The position numbers were made by a program, and so were the translations under genes. The notes below the pieces were generated by a model that saw only the letters and a program-made list of their open reading frames with translations, ran no database searches and was not told the origin of the DNA. From contig OZ219917.1 of NCBI GenBank assembly GCA_964291415.2, positions 384,001 to 448,000 of the forward strand: DNA of 64,000 bases. Reading direction: 5' to 3'. The stretch is from Alphaproteobacteria bacterium (lineage in GTDB: Bacteria; Pseudomonadota; Alphaproteobacteria; SP197). Of this stretch, positions 31,033 to 40,874 are shown piece after piece; position 1 is the stretch's first letter, and every line of letters begins with the position of its first letter.

Positions 31033-31395
31033 ATGGGCGAGCACCGCATGCAATGGAACGATTCCGTGCTGATCGACCAGATCATCGCGGGCACAAAGAC
31101 GGCGACTGTACGACCGCTGGAATGGAGCGAGGGGCTCGACTCCTACAACACCTCCATCCATTGCGGTGCGGTCTATACGGTCTACGACGCCGAAAGGACC
31201 CCTCGCTGCCGGATCAGGATCACTGGTGTCGAACTCTGCACCTGGGGAGCGATCCCCGACAGTCTGTGGCAACGCGATCCGGCGGCAGACGGCAGGGTGA
31301 GCCTGGAAGCCTTCCGGGCCGATCACTACGACTACTTCGGTCGACCCTCGGATGACCACGAGTTTCTCGCGATCTACTTCCAGCCTGTGTCCTGA
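31033..31395 (+). CDS. ASCH domain protein
   Basis: IIAGTKTATVR motif, PRCRIRITGV; about 120 aa. Confidence 0.75.
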   Translation: MGEHRMQWNDSVLIDQIIAGTKTATVRPLEWSEGLDSYNTSIHCGAVYTVYDAERTPRCRIRITGVELCTWGAIPDSLWQRDPAADGRVSLEAFRADHYDYFGRPSDDHEFLAIYFQPVS

Positions 31396-31489
31396 TGATG
31401 TCGACCGTTCCCCCGCAGTGCAGCCTGCCGGCGCCGATCCACGTGACTCCCCCTGCCTCTGATCGTGTCGGGCGCGTAATGGCGACAAC

Positions 31490-32386
31490 ATGACCCTTGC
31501 TCTCGACTTCTATCTCGACTGGAGCGTCAACTGTCAGTTCGCTGGCCTCCTCTGGGCCCGGGAAGAGGGCCTCTTTGCCGCGGAAGGCCTCGATGTGCGC
31601 CTGGTGCCGCCGGAGGAGAACCCCGACACCATCACTCTCGATCTCGTGCTCGCCGGCGAGTGCAGCGTGGGATGCATGGAGGACAACCTCATCGTTCGTG
31701 CGGTGGCGGCCGGAAAGAGCGTCAAGGCCATCGGTGCGACGATGCAGGATTCACCAATCCACCTCGTCACGCTGCCGGAAAGCGGCATGGCGTGCCTTGC
31801 GGATGTCGCCGGGCGCCGGATTGCCATGCACCGCGATGGCATCCATCTCCTGGAAACGGTCCTGGAACTCCATGGCATCGATCCCGGCTCCATGGAGACA
31901 ACGGTGGCAGGCTGGACGCTCGAGCAGCTTCTCGACGGCACCTTCGACGCCGTGCAGGGCTATGCCACCACGGAGCCTCACCATCTCCGGCGTCTTGGCC
32001 AGGCAACGCACCTGATCCCCATACGCCACCATCATCTGCGACCGTGGGCGCAGATGATGTTCACGACCGACGCCATGATCGCCGCGCATGGCCCGGCTCT
32101 TCTTCGCTTCCTTGCCGCCTGCAGGGAGGGTTGGCGACAGGCCATGACCAACCTTGACGAATGCGCCCGGCTGGTTGCGGCCCATTCGGCCGAGCACGGG
32201 GATGTCGCCGAGAATCACCGGATCCTCGAGATGATGCTCCCGCTTGTCGCCGGCGACGCAGGGCTTGACCACGCTGTCAGCACCGATCCGGAACGCTGGA
32301 AGCGCAACCTTGCGACCTACGCCCGCTCCGGCATGATCGATCGCGCTCCCGCCTACCACGAAGTCGTCTGCGAACTCTTGACGTGA
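31490..32386 (+). CDS. NMT1/THI5-like substrate-binding-fold protein without a signal peptide
   Basis: LDWSVNCQFAGLLWAREEGLFAAEGLDV, DAVQGYATTEP, FLAACREGW. Confidence 0.78.
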   Translation: MTLALDFYLDWSVNCQFAGLLWAREEGLFAAEGLDVRLVPPEENPDTITLDLVLAGECSVGCMEDNLIVRAVAAGKSVKAIGATMQDSPIHLVTLPESGMACLADVAGRRIAMHRDGIHLLETVLELHGIDPGSMETTVAGWTLEQLLDGTFDAVQGYATTEPHHLRRLGQATHLIPIRHHHLRPWAQMMFTTDAMIAAHGPALLRFLAACREGWRQAMTNLDECARLVAAHSAEHGDVAENHRILEMMLPLVAGDAGLDHAVSTDPERWKRNLATYARSGMIDRAPAYHEVVCELLT

Positions 32387-32584
32387 CGTCCCCTTCGGCC
32401 AGCGTGATCGCCTGAAGGGCCGTGGCCTTTGTGACACGCGCTTGCAGGGAACCGTCAGCCGCCACCGCTATCGCCGTCGGCCTCCTGGGCCGGAACGAGA
32501 TCTGCTCGATTTGCCGTGCCGAATTCTCAATGCGTCGCACCGCCGGTAGACTTGAGCCATTCGCGCTGACGGAGCCGCTCCGCA

Positions 32585-33364
32585 ATGACCGATGCATCGA
32601 ACGATCTGCTCGTCTCGCGCAATGGTCATGTCGGGCTGATTGAGCTCAACCGGCCCCCACACAACTTCTTCGATCACGATTTGATTCGCCGGTTGGTTGA
32701 CGCGGCCGGCGACTTCGACGCGGATGGCGCGACCAGGGCCATCGTCATTGCGGCGAACGGCACGGCCTTCTGTGCCGGCGCCAGGCTCGGTGCCGGGACG
32801 GCCGCAGGGTCGGCCCAGGCGACGAAGCCGGGCGCCCTCTACCACGAGGCTGTGCGCCTGTTCCGCATCGGTCTTCCGATCGTCGGCGCGCTCCACGGTT
32901 CGGCGACTGGCGGCGGGCTCGGCCTCGCCCTTGCCTGTGACCTCAGGGTGGCCTGTCCGCAAGCCCGGTTCTGGGCCAACTTCACCGCACTCGGCTTTCA
33001 TCCCGGGTTCGGCCTTTCGATCACCCTGCCGGAACTCATAGGACGCCAGAACGCGGCGCTGATGCTGTACGCCAGCCGCCGGCTCGGCGGCGAGGAGGCC
33101 CACCGCGTTGGTCTTGTCGACGTGCTTGTGCCGCGTTCGGAGGTACGGGATGCGGCGCTCGCGCTCGCCACCGAGATCGCCGCCTGCGCGCCGCTCGCGG
33201 TGCGCGAAACCCGGGCGACCCTGCGCAGGGGTCTCGCCGAGCGTGTCGAAGCGGTTCTGGAGCACGAGAAGGAAGTGCAGAGCCGCCTGCGCGCGACCGA
33301 CGACTTCCAGGAAGGCGTCGCCGCTGTCAACGAACGCCGCCCGGCACGATTCCGGGGGCGTTGA
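32585..33364 (+). CDS. Enoyl-CoA hydratase/isomerase family protein
   Basis: LNRPPHN, FCAGA, GGGLGLALACD, DFQEGVAA..ERRPARF. Confidence 0.9.
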   Translation: MTDASNDLLVSRNGHVGLIELNRPPHNFFDHDLIRRLVDAAGDFDADGATRAIVIAANGTAFCAGARLGAGTAAGSAQATKPGALYHEAVRLFRIGLPIVGALHGSATGGGLGLALACDLRVACPQARFWANFTALGFHPGFGLSITLPELIGRQNAALMLYASRRLGGEEAHRVGLVDVLVPRSEVRDAALALATEIAACAPLAVRETRATLRRGLAERVEAVLEHEKEVQSRLRATDDFQEGVAAVNERRPARFRGR

Positions 33365-34449
33365 TGGTTGCCGACAGTCTGATCGCCGATACCACGGCGC
33401 GCATCTTCGCCGATCTCGCCGATCCCCGCACGGTCAATGCGGCCCACGACGACGCCTGGAAGGAGAAGGTTTGGCGGGCTCTTGTCGATGCCGGACTGCC
33501 GTTGCTCTGGGTGCCCGAAGAGGCGGGCGGCATCGGGGCGAGCTTCGTCGAGGGGCTGGCGGCTCTGGAGGCCGCTGGCGCAAAGGCCTGTGCCGTGCCC
33601 ATCGCCGAGACCATGACCGGCGCCTGGTTGCTGGCCCGGGCGGGGCTGCAGGTGCCAACGAAACGCCTGGCGCTGCTGCCCCCGGGCCTCCGATTCGATG
33701 AGGAGGGCCGGCTGTGGGGCCATGCCGCTGCGGTGCCGTTCGGTTCCGTCGCCGAGTGCCTGGTTGGCGTCGTCGAGGACGCAGACAACGCAGTTCATGT
33801 CGTGCTGGTCGAGCGTCCATCGCAGATGGAATGCAGCGAGGACCTGGCGGGCGATGAGCGTGACTCGGCACGGTTCGACGGCGCGCTGCCGGTTGTCGAC
33901 GCTACCCTGTCCGGCGAGGTCGGTCGTGACGACCTGCTGTTGCTCGCCGCGGCAGCTCGCACGGCGCTGATGGCGGGAGCGCTGGGCGCCCTTCTCGAGA
34001 TGTCCGTCGACTACGCCCAGGAGCGCGAGGCCTTCGGCCGCACGATCTCGAAGTTCCAGGCGATCCAGCACTTGCTGGCCCGGCTCGCTGGCGAGGCGGC
34101 CGCCGCTTCGGTGGCGGCACAGGCAGCCGGTTGGGCGCTTGACCGGGCGGAAGGCCCGCTCGCGGACGCGCTGCTCGACGTGGCGGTGGCCAAGGTGCGT
34201 GTCGGCGAGGCCGCCGGGACCGGCGCGGCGATTGCTCATCAGGTTCACGGCGCCATCGGCTTTACAGCCGAACACGCGCTGCACCGTTTCACGCACCGCC
34301 TCTGGTCCTGGCGTGACGACTACGGCAGCGAGACGTTCTGGGCCGAGGAGCTTGGCCGTGACGTCGCGGCGGCCGGAGCTGAAGGCTTTTGGGGTCGCCT
34401 GACCGGGAATCCTGAACCGACGTCGAGATCCGTCGTTCTCGAGAACTGA
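33364..34449 (+). CDS. Acyl-CoA dehydrogenase family protein (short partner subunit)
   Basis: REAFGRTISKFQAIQH, HQVHGAIGFT; reduced middle domain. Confidence 0.85.
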   Translation: MVADSLIADTTARIFADLADPRTVNAAHDDAWKEKVWRALVDAGLPLLWVPEEAGGIGASFVEGLAALEAAGAKACAVPIAETMTGAWLLARAGLQVPTKRLALLPPGLRFDEEGRLWGHAAAVPFGSVAECLVGVVEDADNAVHVVLVERPSQMECSEDLAGDERDSARFDGALPVVDATLSGEVGRDDLLLLAAAARTALMAGALGALLEMSVDYAQEREAFGRTISKFQAIQHLLARLAGEAAAASVAAQAAGWALDRAEGPLADALLDVAVAKVRVGEAAGTGAAIAHQVHGAIGFTAEHALHRFTHRLWSWRDDYGSETFWAEELGRDVAAAGAEGFWGRLTGNPEPTSRSVVLEN

Positions 34450-34452
34450 GCC

Positions 34453-35610
34453 ATGGTCCAGGGGATGTCCTTCGCATACGCGCCGCTGCCGCCGGAAGTC
34501 GAGTCGCTGCGCTCCGACGTCCGCGGATTCCTCCGGAAGGCGCGCGAAGACCGCCTGCTTGAGCTTCCGGCCGAAGGTGTTGCAGGCGGTCTCAATCGTG
34601 ATTTCAGCCGTCGGCTCGCCGCCAGGGGCTGGATCGGCATGACCTGGCCCCGGATCTATGGCGGACACGAGCGGAGCCACCTTGAGCGTTTCGTCGTCAA
34701 CGAGGAACTGTTGTTCGCCGGCGCCCCGCTGACAGCCCATTTCACCGCCGATCGGCAAAGCGGTCCGATGCTGCTCAAGTACGCGTCCGAAGACATCAAG
34801 CGGGACATCCTGCCGCGGATATGCGCCGGCGAATGCACGTTTTCCATCGGCATGAGCGAACCGGGTTCGGGCAGCGATCTCTTCGCCGCGTCCTCGAAGG
34901 CCGTCCCGGACGGCAACGGGTGGCGCCTGTCGGGCCGCAAGGTGTGGACCAGCACGGCCCACCTCGCCGATTACATGATCGGCATCTTCCGAACCGCCCC
35001 CGCCACCAGGGAGAACCGCCGCCACGGACTCTCCCAGTTCCTGGTCGACCTCTCTGCCGAGGGCATCTCGGTCAATCCCATTCGTTACCCAAGCGGCGAC
35101 CATCACTTCAACGAGGTCGTGCTGGACGATGTCTTCGTGCCTGGCGACCATCTGCTTGGCGAACGCGACATGGCCTGGCGGCAGGCCACCAGTGAGCTCG
35201 CGTACGAACGCAGCGGTCCCGAACGCTTCCTGGAGACGATCGCAGTGTTGGTCGAACTCGTCCGCATTCTCGGCGCGACACCCGATCGTTACGCCGCCAT
35301 CGGGCTTGGCCGCCTGATCGCCGGGCTGCAGACCCTGCGCCACATGTCGGTGGCGGTCGCCGGCATGCTCGCGCGCGGCCTGGAGCCGACAACGGAGGCC
35401 TCGGTGGTGAAGGACCTGGGCACGGCGTGGGAGCAGGCGCTGCCCGCGATCGCGCGCGACCTCGCCGAGGGCGCCGGCGAGCCCGGGGCGCGCGTAGAGT
35501 TCGAGCATGCCCTGGCCCGGGCGATCCTGATCGCCCCCAAGCTCACCATCCAGGGCGGCACGACCGAGATCCTGCGCGGCATCATTGCCCGGGGCCTGGG
35601 TCTGCGTTGA
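34453..35610 (+). CDS. Acyl-CoA dehydrogenase family protein
   Basis: IGMSEPGSGSDL, GRKVWTS, FNEVVLDDV, TIQGGTTEIL. Confidence 0.9.
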   Translation: MVQGMSFAYAPLPPEVESLRSDVRGFLRKAREDRLLELPAEGVAGGLNRDFSRRLAARGWIGMTWPRIYGGHERSHLERFVVNEELLFAGAPLTAHFTADRQSGPMLLKYASEDIKRDILPRICAGECTFSIGMSEPGSGSDLFAASSKAVPDGNGWRLSGRKVWTSTAHLADYMIGIFRTAPATRENRRHGLSQFLVDLSAEGISVNPIRYPSGDHHFNEVVLDDVFVPGDHLLGERDMAWRQATSELAYERSGPERFLETIAVLVELVRILGATPDRYAAIGLGRLIAGLQTLRHMSVAVAGMLARGLEPTTEASVVKDLGTAWEQALPAIARDLAEGAGEPGARVEFEHALARAILIAPKLTIQGGTTEILRGIIARGLGLR

Positions 35611-35798
35611 GCTGGTGAACCTCGCCCGGCCTCCCGGGCCAGCGATTGCCATGACATTGTCGCCGGGATCGTGCTGACGGGCACCTGGTGAGAACGTGGA
35701 CCGCAAGGAGAGGGCTGCACATGGCGCTGTGTGTCGCCGGACACCCGGGTCAATCAGGTGGTTCCGGGCAGATGTGCGCATGACCGGGGGCGAGATAC

Positions 35799-35889
35799 TG
35801 GCGGAGAGGAAGGGATTCGAACCCTCGATGGGATTTTGGCCCATACTCCCTTAGCAGGGGAGCGCCTTCGACCGCTCGGCCACCTCTCC
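35799..35889 (-). tRNA. tRNA-Ser (anticodon GCT)
   Basis: GGAGAGG acceptor stem, anticodon arm CTCCC-CTGCTAA-GGGAG, long variable arm, GGTTCGAATCC T-loop, encoded CCA. Confidence 0.96.
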
Positions 35890-35899
35890 GTTGGTGGTT

Positions 35900-37057
35900 C
35901 TAGTGGCTTCCATGGGGAGCGTCAATGCGGCGCCTGGCGAGGCCGTCGTCAATGGTCTGGTCGACAATCCAGTTGTTCAGGCGATGGACCGCCTGTTCGC
36001 GCACCGAGAGGCGGCCCGGCCGGTGGAAGGGTGACGAGATCCCTGCCTGCTGGACCTCGCAGATGGCATTGTCCTCGTCGATACCGGTGTCCCAGCGATG
36101 GAAATAGGCCTTCGAGCCTTCGGCAAAGTCATCCCGGCGCGTGGTGGATTCCGGGAAACACTGGCCAACTTCGAGACGGGTCAGGGCGGGTGCGAGCGGA
36201 CGGTAGTGGAGCCACCACATGGCGTCCTGGGCGCAGGCGAACTGGGTGTTCGGGTGAAGTGTCGTGAAGAAGGTGCCGGCCTGCGCTTCCGGTGACAGGG
36301 ACCTGACGGGAGGAAAGGGGGCCGGGTGTCCGGGCAGCACGGCGACCGAGGCCTCGCCCAGGACCTGGAGGGCGTCCCAGTGACCGCGGGTGACGAGATC
36401 CCGGGACGCCTGGGCGCCCAGCGAGTCGCCGTGAACGGTCCCGGTGTGATAAGCCTCCATGGCATTTTCGGCGATGAGTTTCCAGTTGGCCCGGACCGTG
36501 TAGTGACGCCGGCGCGTCACGCGAAACTCCGCGAAGCGGTGGCTTGCGAGGCGTTGTGTCATGTCGCCGAGCCAGGACGCAAGGCCGGCCGTCCGGCCAG
36601 AGAAGCAGACAAAGACAAACCCGGCCCAGACCTCGGCGCGGATCTCCCGGAGTCCGTAGCGACCGTGATCGATCGACGTTCCCGGCGCCGACTCCAGCGA
36701 ACCGTCGAGACGGTAGCCCCAGCCGTGCAGCGGACAGACGATTCGCGATGCCATGCCGCAACCCGACACCAGGCGCGCGCCACGATGCCGGCAGGTGTTG
36801 GCGAAGGCGCGAAGAGTGCCGTCGTTGACCAGCAGGACCGGCCCGCCTGCGGTGTCGACCGAGCGGTAGCCTGCCTGGGGAACTTCCTCGAGACGTCCCG
36901 CGAACTGCCAGGCGCGCGAGAATATGCGTTCTCGTTCGCGCCGCAGGAAGGCGTCCGACACATAACACCAGCCGGGAAGGGTGGAGGCCTCCCCCGGCGG
37001 GCGGCGCACGTCCCTGAAGTGACGCGGATGGAAGGGATCGTCGAGCATGCTTTTCAT
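35900..37057 (-). CDS. Rieske ring-hydroxylating oxygenase alpha subunit (choline monooxygenase/quaternary amine oxygenase-like)
   Basis: TLPGWCY, CRHRG..CPLHGW, ANWKLIAENAMEAYHTGTVH, EDNAICEVQQ. Start uncertain (37048-37084). Confidence 0.82.
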   Translation of the reverse strand: MKSMLDDPFHPRHFRDVRRPPGEASTLPGWCYVSDAFLRRERERIFSRAWQFAGRLEEVPQAGYRSVDTAGGPVLLVNDGTLRAFANTCRHRGARLVSGCGMASRIVCPLHGWGYRLDGSLESAPGTSIDHGRYGLREIRAEVWAGFVFVCFSGRTAGLASWLGDMTQRLASHRFAEFRVTRRRHYTVRANWKLIAENAMEAYHTGTVHGDSLGAQASRDLVTRGHWDALQVLGEASVAVLPGHPAPFPPVRSLSPEAQAGTFFTTLHPNTQFACAQDAMWWLHYRPLAPALTRLEVGQCFPESTTRRDDFAEGSKAYFHRWDTGIDEDNAICEVQQAGISSPFHRPGRLSVREQAVHRLNNWIVDQTIDDGLARRRIDAPHGSH

Positions 37058-37137
37058 GATGAGGCGGTCTGGCTGCTTTATCACGGATCGGTGTGACGCT
37101 ACGCTTCATTGTTCAAGGGGAAGAAACGGCGCATTCC

Positions 37138-39393
37138 ATGGCGGATCAGGTCAGGGTCAGTGACATCGATGCCCTCAAGTTCCACGCGGAGGGGCGTCCC
37201 GGCAAGCTGGCGATTACGCCGACAAAGCCGCTCAACACGGCCCGGGACCTTTCCCTCGCCTACTCCCCGGGGGTCGCGGCGCCCTGCCTCGAGATCCACC
37301 GGGAGCCGGCGACCGTCTTCGACTACACCTCGAAAGGCAACGTCGTCGCCATCATCTCCAACGGTTCGGCAGTCCTGGGACTGGGCAATCTCGGCGCGCT
37401 CGGCGCCAAGCCGGTCATGGAAGGAAAGGCGGTCCTCTTCAAGCGATTCGCCGATGTCGACGGCATCGACATCGAAATCGACAGCGAGGATGTCGACGAG
37501 ATCGTGCAGACGGTGAAGCTCATCAGCCCGACCTTCGGCGGCGTCAATCTCGAGGACATCAAGGCGCCGGAGTGTTTCATCATCGAGCAGCGCCTGAGGG
37601 AGCTCGTCGACATCCCCATCTTTCACGACGACCAGCACGGCACGGCCATCATCTGCCTTGCCGGTGTCATCAACGCCCTGGAGATCGCCGGCAAGGAACT
37701 GGCCGACTGCAAGGTGGTGGTGAACGGCGCGGGCGCCGCCGGCATTGCCTGCCTTGAACTGGTGAAGGCGCGTGGCCTGCCCCATGACAATGCCATCCTG
37801 TGCGATTCGCAGGGCGTGGTCTACCAGGGACGCCAGAAGGGCATCAACCAGTGGAAGTCGGCCCATGCCGTCGAGACCTCCGCGAGAACGCTCGAGGACG
37901 CCATGGAGGGGGCGGACATCTTCCTCGGCGTTTCGGTCAAGGATGCCGTGACGGGAGACATGGTCGCGTCGATGGCCGAACGGCCCATCATCTTCGCCAT
38001 GGCGAACCCGGATCCGGAGATCCTGCCCGAGGATGTCCAGGAGGTCCGCGAGGATGCCATCGTGGCGACCGGCCGTTCCGACTATCCAAACCAGATCAAC
38101 AATGTCCTGGGATTTCCCTATATCTTCCGGGGTGCGCTGGATGTGCGGGCGACGACAATCAACGACGCCATGAAGATTGCCGCCGCCGAGGCGATTGCCT
38201 CCCTGGCGCGCGAAGACGTGCCGGACGAGGTGGCGTCGGCCTACGCCGGCGGCTACCTGCGCTTCGGGCCGGACTACATCATCCCCAAGCCGTTCGATCC
38301 CCGCCTCATTTCGCGGGTGCCATCGCGCGTGGCGCGGGCGGCCATGGATACGGGCGTGGCGCGGCGGCCGATCATCGACACCGAGGCCTATCAGGCACGT
38401 CTTTCCGGCCTCCTTTCTCCGGTTGCCGGGCGCATGCACGAGATCTTCGAGACCGTGCGCCTGCGTCAGGCGCGGATCGTGTTCGCCGAAGGCGAGGAGG
38501 AAAAGACCATCCGGGCGGCAGCCCTGTGGCGTGATCAGGGACTGGGCAGCGCCATCCTCGTCGGAAGAGCAGGGCACATCCAGGCGAAGATGGAGACGCT
38601 CGGCGTCAGCCCGGGCGGCATCGAGATCGCCAACGCGGATGCCGTGGATACCGAGCAGTACGTCAATCATGTCTATGCTCACATGCAGCGCCGCGGCGCG
38701 CTGTTGCGCGATTGCCAGCGCTGGATTCACCTGGATCGCGATGTCTTCGCTGCGGCCATGCTGGCGACGGGTGATGCCGATGCCATGGTCACCGGCCTGA
38801 CGCGGTCCTATCCCGGCGCTCTCTCCCATGTGCAGAGGGCGTTGAAGGCCGGCGAAGGCCAGATTGTCTTCGGCATGACCATCCTGGTCTCCTCCCAGCA
38901 CACCCTGCTGCTGGCCGACACCACCATCAACGAGCAACCGTCAGCCCGGGACCTCGCGGACATCACGGTCCAGGCAGCCGCCAAGGCGCGCGCCCTGGGG
39001 GTCGAGCCGCGGGTTGCCCTGCTGTCGTTTTCCAATTTCGGCAGCCGCGGCGAACGGCACACGGGCCATCTGCGCGAAGCCGTGCGCATCCTCAAGGAAC
39101 GCGAGGTCGACTTCGAGGTGGACGGCGAGATGGCGGGTGATACCGCGCTCGACAAGAGCGCGCTGGACTACTACCCCTTCATTGCGCTGAGCGGTCCGGC
39201 CAATGTGCTCATCATGCCCAATCTGCACGCCGCCAACATTTCCTACAGGCTGGTCGAGGCGATGGATGGAGCGCGCGTGATCGGACCGATCCTGCTCGGC
39301 CTGGAGAAGCCGGTCCAGATTGCCCGTCTGGGGGCGACGGTCAACGACCTCCTCAACATGGCGGCCATGGCGGCCATCGACATCGCAGACTGA
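37138..39393 (+). CDS. maeB: NADP-dependent malic enzyme with phosphotransacetylase-like domain
   Basis: LSLAYSPGVA, KPVMEGK, NLEDI, HDDQHGTA, GAGAAG, TGRSDYPNQINN, C-terminal PTA-like domain. Confidence 0.95.
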   Translation: MADQVRVSDIDALKFHAEGRPGKLAITPTKPLNTARDLSLAYSPGVAAPCLEIHREPATVFDYTSKGNVVAIISNGSAVLGLGNLGALGAKPVMEGKAVLFKRFADVDGIDIEIDSEDVDEIVQTVKLISPTFGGVNLEDIKAPECFIIEQRLRELVDIPIFHDDQHGTAIICLAGVINALEIAGKELADCKVVVNGAGAAGIACLELVKARGLPHDNAILCDSQGVVYQGRQKGINQWKSAHAVETSARTLEDAMEGADIFLGVSVKDAVTGDMVASMAERPIIFAMANPDPEILPEDVQEVREDAIVATGRSDYPNQINNVLGFPYIFRGALDVRATTINDAMKIAAAEAIASLAREDVPDEVASAYAGGYLRFGPDYIIPKPFDPRLISRVPSRVARAAMDTGVARRPIIDTEAYQARLSGLLSPVAGRMHEIFETVRLRQARIVFAEGEEEKTIRAAALWRDQGLGSAILVGRAGHIQAKMETLGVSPGGIEIANADAVDTEQYVNHVYAHMQRRGALLRDCQRWIHLDRDVFAAAMLATGDADAMVTGLTRSYPGALSHVQRALKAGEGQIVFGMTILVSSQHTLLLADTTINEQPSARDLADITVQAAAKARALGVEPRVALLSFSNFGSRGERHTGHLREAVRILKEREVDFEVDGEMAGDTALDKSALDYYPFIALSGPANVLIMPNLHAANISYRLVEAMDGARVIGPILLGLEKPVQIARLGATVNDLLNMAAMAAIDIAD

Positions 39394-39444
39394 TGATCCC
39401 TGGCGCTGAGCGGGGTCCATGACCGTGGAGGCCAGTGGCCCGCC

Positions 39445-40827
39445 ATGGGTCTGATCCTGCTCCTGGTCCTTGTCGAGGCGGGAATCTTCCTTGTCCTGGT
39501 GCTGACCGGAGAACTCGCGGCGGCGTCGGCCGTCGCCGGATTTGCCGTCCTGGCGGTGATGAGCGCGATTCTGGTGTGGCCTCTCGTTTCGGGGTTGGAG
39601 CGCGTCAGGTCATGGGTTGTCCGGCGGCGCGGCTCGGCTGATCCGGAACCGCCGGGTCTGCGCGGCGGACCAGTTGTCTCGCAGTTGCAGTCCGTCCTTG
39701 ACGCCGTGACGCACGCTCTCGACGAGCGGGACACGCGCATTGACCGCCTGGCAAGGGACAACGACCGCCTGCTTGATGCCCTGACCGCTCCTGTCCTGCT
39801 GGTCTCGAAGGACAGCCGACTGGTGCGTTTCAACGGCGCTGCGGGCCGGGTCTTCGGCGATCTCCGGACGGGACAGCACGTCTCCAGGATCCTGCGGGAT
39901 CCCGGTTTCGACAGCGCCGTCGCGGCAGGTCTTGACGACGGCCTTTCCAGTGTCGTGGAAGTCGTGGTGACCCGGGACCACGTCGACAGCCACTTTGTCC
40001 TTGACGTCGCGCCGCTGCCCGATGGATTGGGCGATGCGGCGCTGATGGTGGTCTGCCAGGACGTCACCGGGGCCCGCATGACCGAGAAGATGCGCGTGGA
40101 TTTCGTGGCCAATGCCAGCCACGAGATCCGTTCGCCACTCACCACGCTCGTCGGCTGCATCGAGACCCTGCAGGGTCCGGCACGGGACGATGCCGACTCG
40201 CGGGCCAGGTTCCTGGCGATGATGGAAGCTCAGGGCGCCCGCATGGCGAACCTGGTCGAGGACCTGCTGTCGCTGTCGCGCATCGAGATCCGGGAACACA
40301 CCCAGCCCGATGGGGAGGTCTCCATCGGGCCGCTGCTCACCCGCCTCGCATCCACGCTCCACTTCGATGCCGAAAGACGGTTGATGACCATCGATCTCGA
40401 CATCCCCGATTCCATGCCGGCGGTGCGTGGTGACGAGGACGAGATCGAACAGGCCCTCTACAATCTCATCGCCAACGCCATCGGCTATGGCAGGCAGGGC
40501 ACCGCGGTCAGCCTTGCCGCAGGCGTCGCGGACAGGCCGCCCGATTACCTGCGGGTCGCCCGCGGCCGGCTGGCATGGATTTCCGTCACCGATCAGGGCG
40601 ACGGAATCGAGGCTCACCACCTGCCGCGCCTGACCGAACGCTTCTACCGCATCGACAAGGCGCGCAGCCGCGAACGCGGTGGAACCGGACTCGGCCTTGC
40701 CATCGTCAAGCACATTCTCTCGCGCCACCGTGGCGAACTGCACGTGGCGAGCACGCCCGGCAAGGGATCCGTCTTCACGGTGTGGCTGCCTGCCGTCATT
40801 CACGAAAGTGTCATGAAGTCTTCCTAG
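39445..40827 (+). CDS. phoR: Phosphate regulon sensor histidine kinase
   Basis: N-terminal transmembrane segments, DFVANASHEIRSPL, RLTERFYRIDKARSR, GGTGLGLAIVKH; upstream of pstS. Confidence 0.9.
   Translation: MGLILLLVLVEAGIFLVLVLTGELAAASAVAGFAVLAVMSAILVWPLVSGLERVRSWVVRRRGSADPEPPGLRGGPVVSQLQSVLDAVTHALDERDTRIDRLARDNDRLLDALTAPVLLVSKDSRLVRFNGAAGRVFGDLRTGQHVSRILRDPGFDSAVAAGLDDGLSSVVEVVVTRDHVDSHFVLDVAPLPDGLGDAALMVVCQDVTGARMTEKMRVDFVANASHEIRSPLTTLVGCIETLQGPARDDADSRARFLAMMEAQGARMANLVEDLLSLSRIEIREHTQPDGEVSIGPLLTRLASTLHFDAERRLMTIDLDIPDSMPAVRGDEDEIEQALYNLIANAIGYGRQGTAVSLAAGVADRPPDYLRVARGRLAWISVTDQGDGIEAHHLPRLTERFYRIDKARSRERGGTGLGLAIVKHILSRHRGELHVASTPGKGSVFTVWLPAVIHESVMKSS
40797..40825 (+). promoter_or_regulatory. 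Putative Pho box upstream of pstS
   Basis: Repeats at 11-bp spacing, CATTCAC-gaaa-GTGTCAT-gaag-TCTTCCT, resembling the CTGTCAT half-site. Confidence 0.55.
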
Positions 40828-40874
40828 GGTGTGCGCCGACTCACCCCAGTGGTCAACACATGGAGGACCATGAC

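Noticed and set aside
32998-35844. 948-aa minus-strand ORF, and similar long antisense ORFs at 37099-38937, 48847-51045 and 59940-61673
   Set aside because: Shadow ORFs opposite clear genes, expected from high-GC codon bias; no recognisable motifs.
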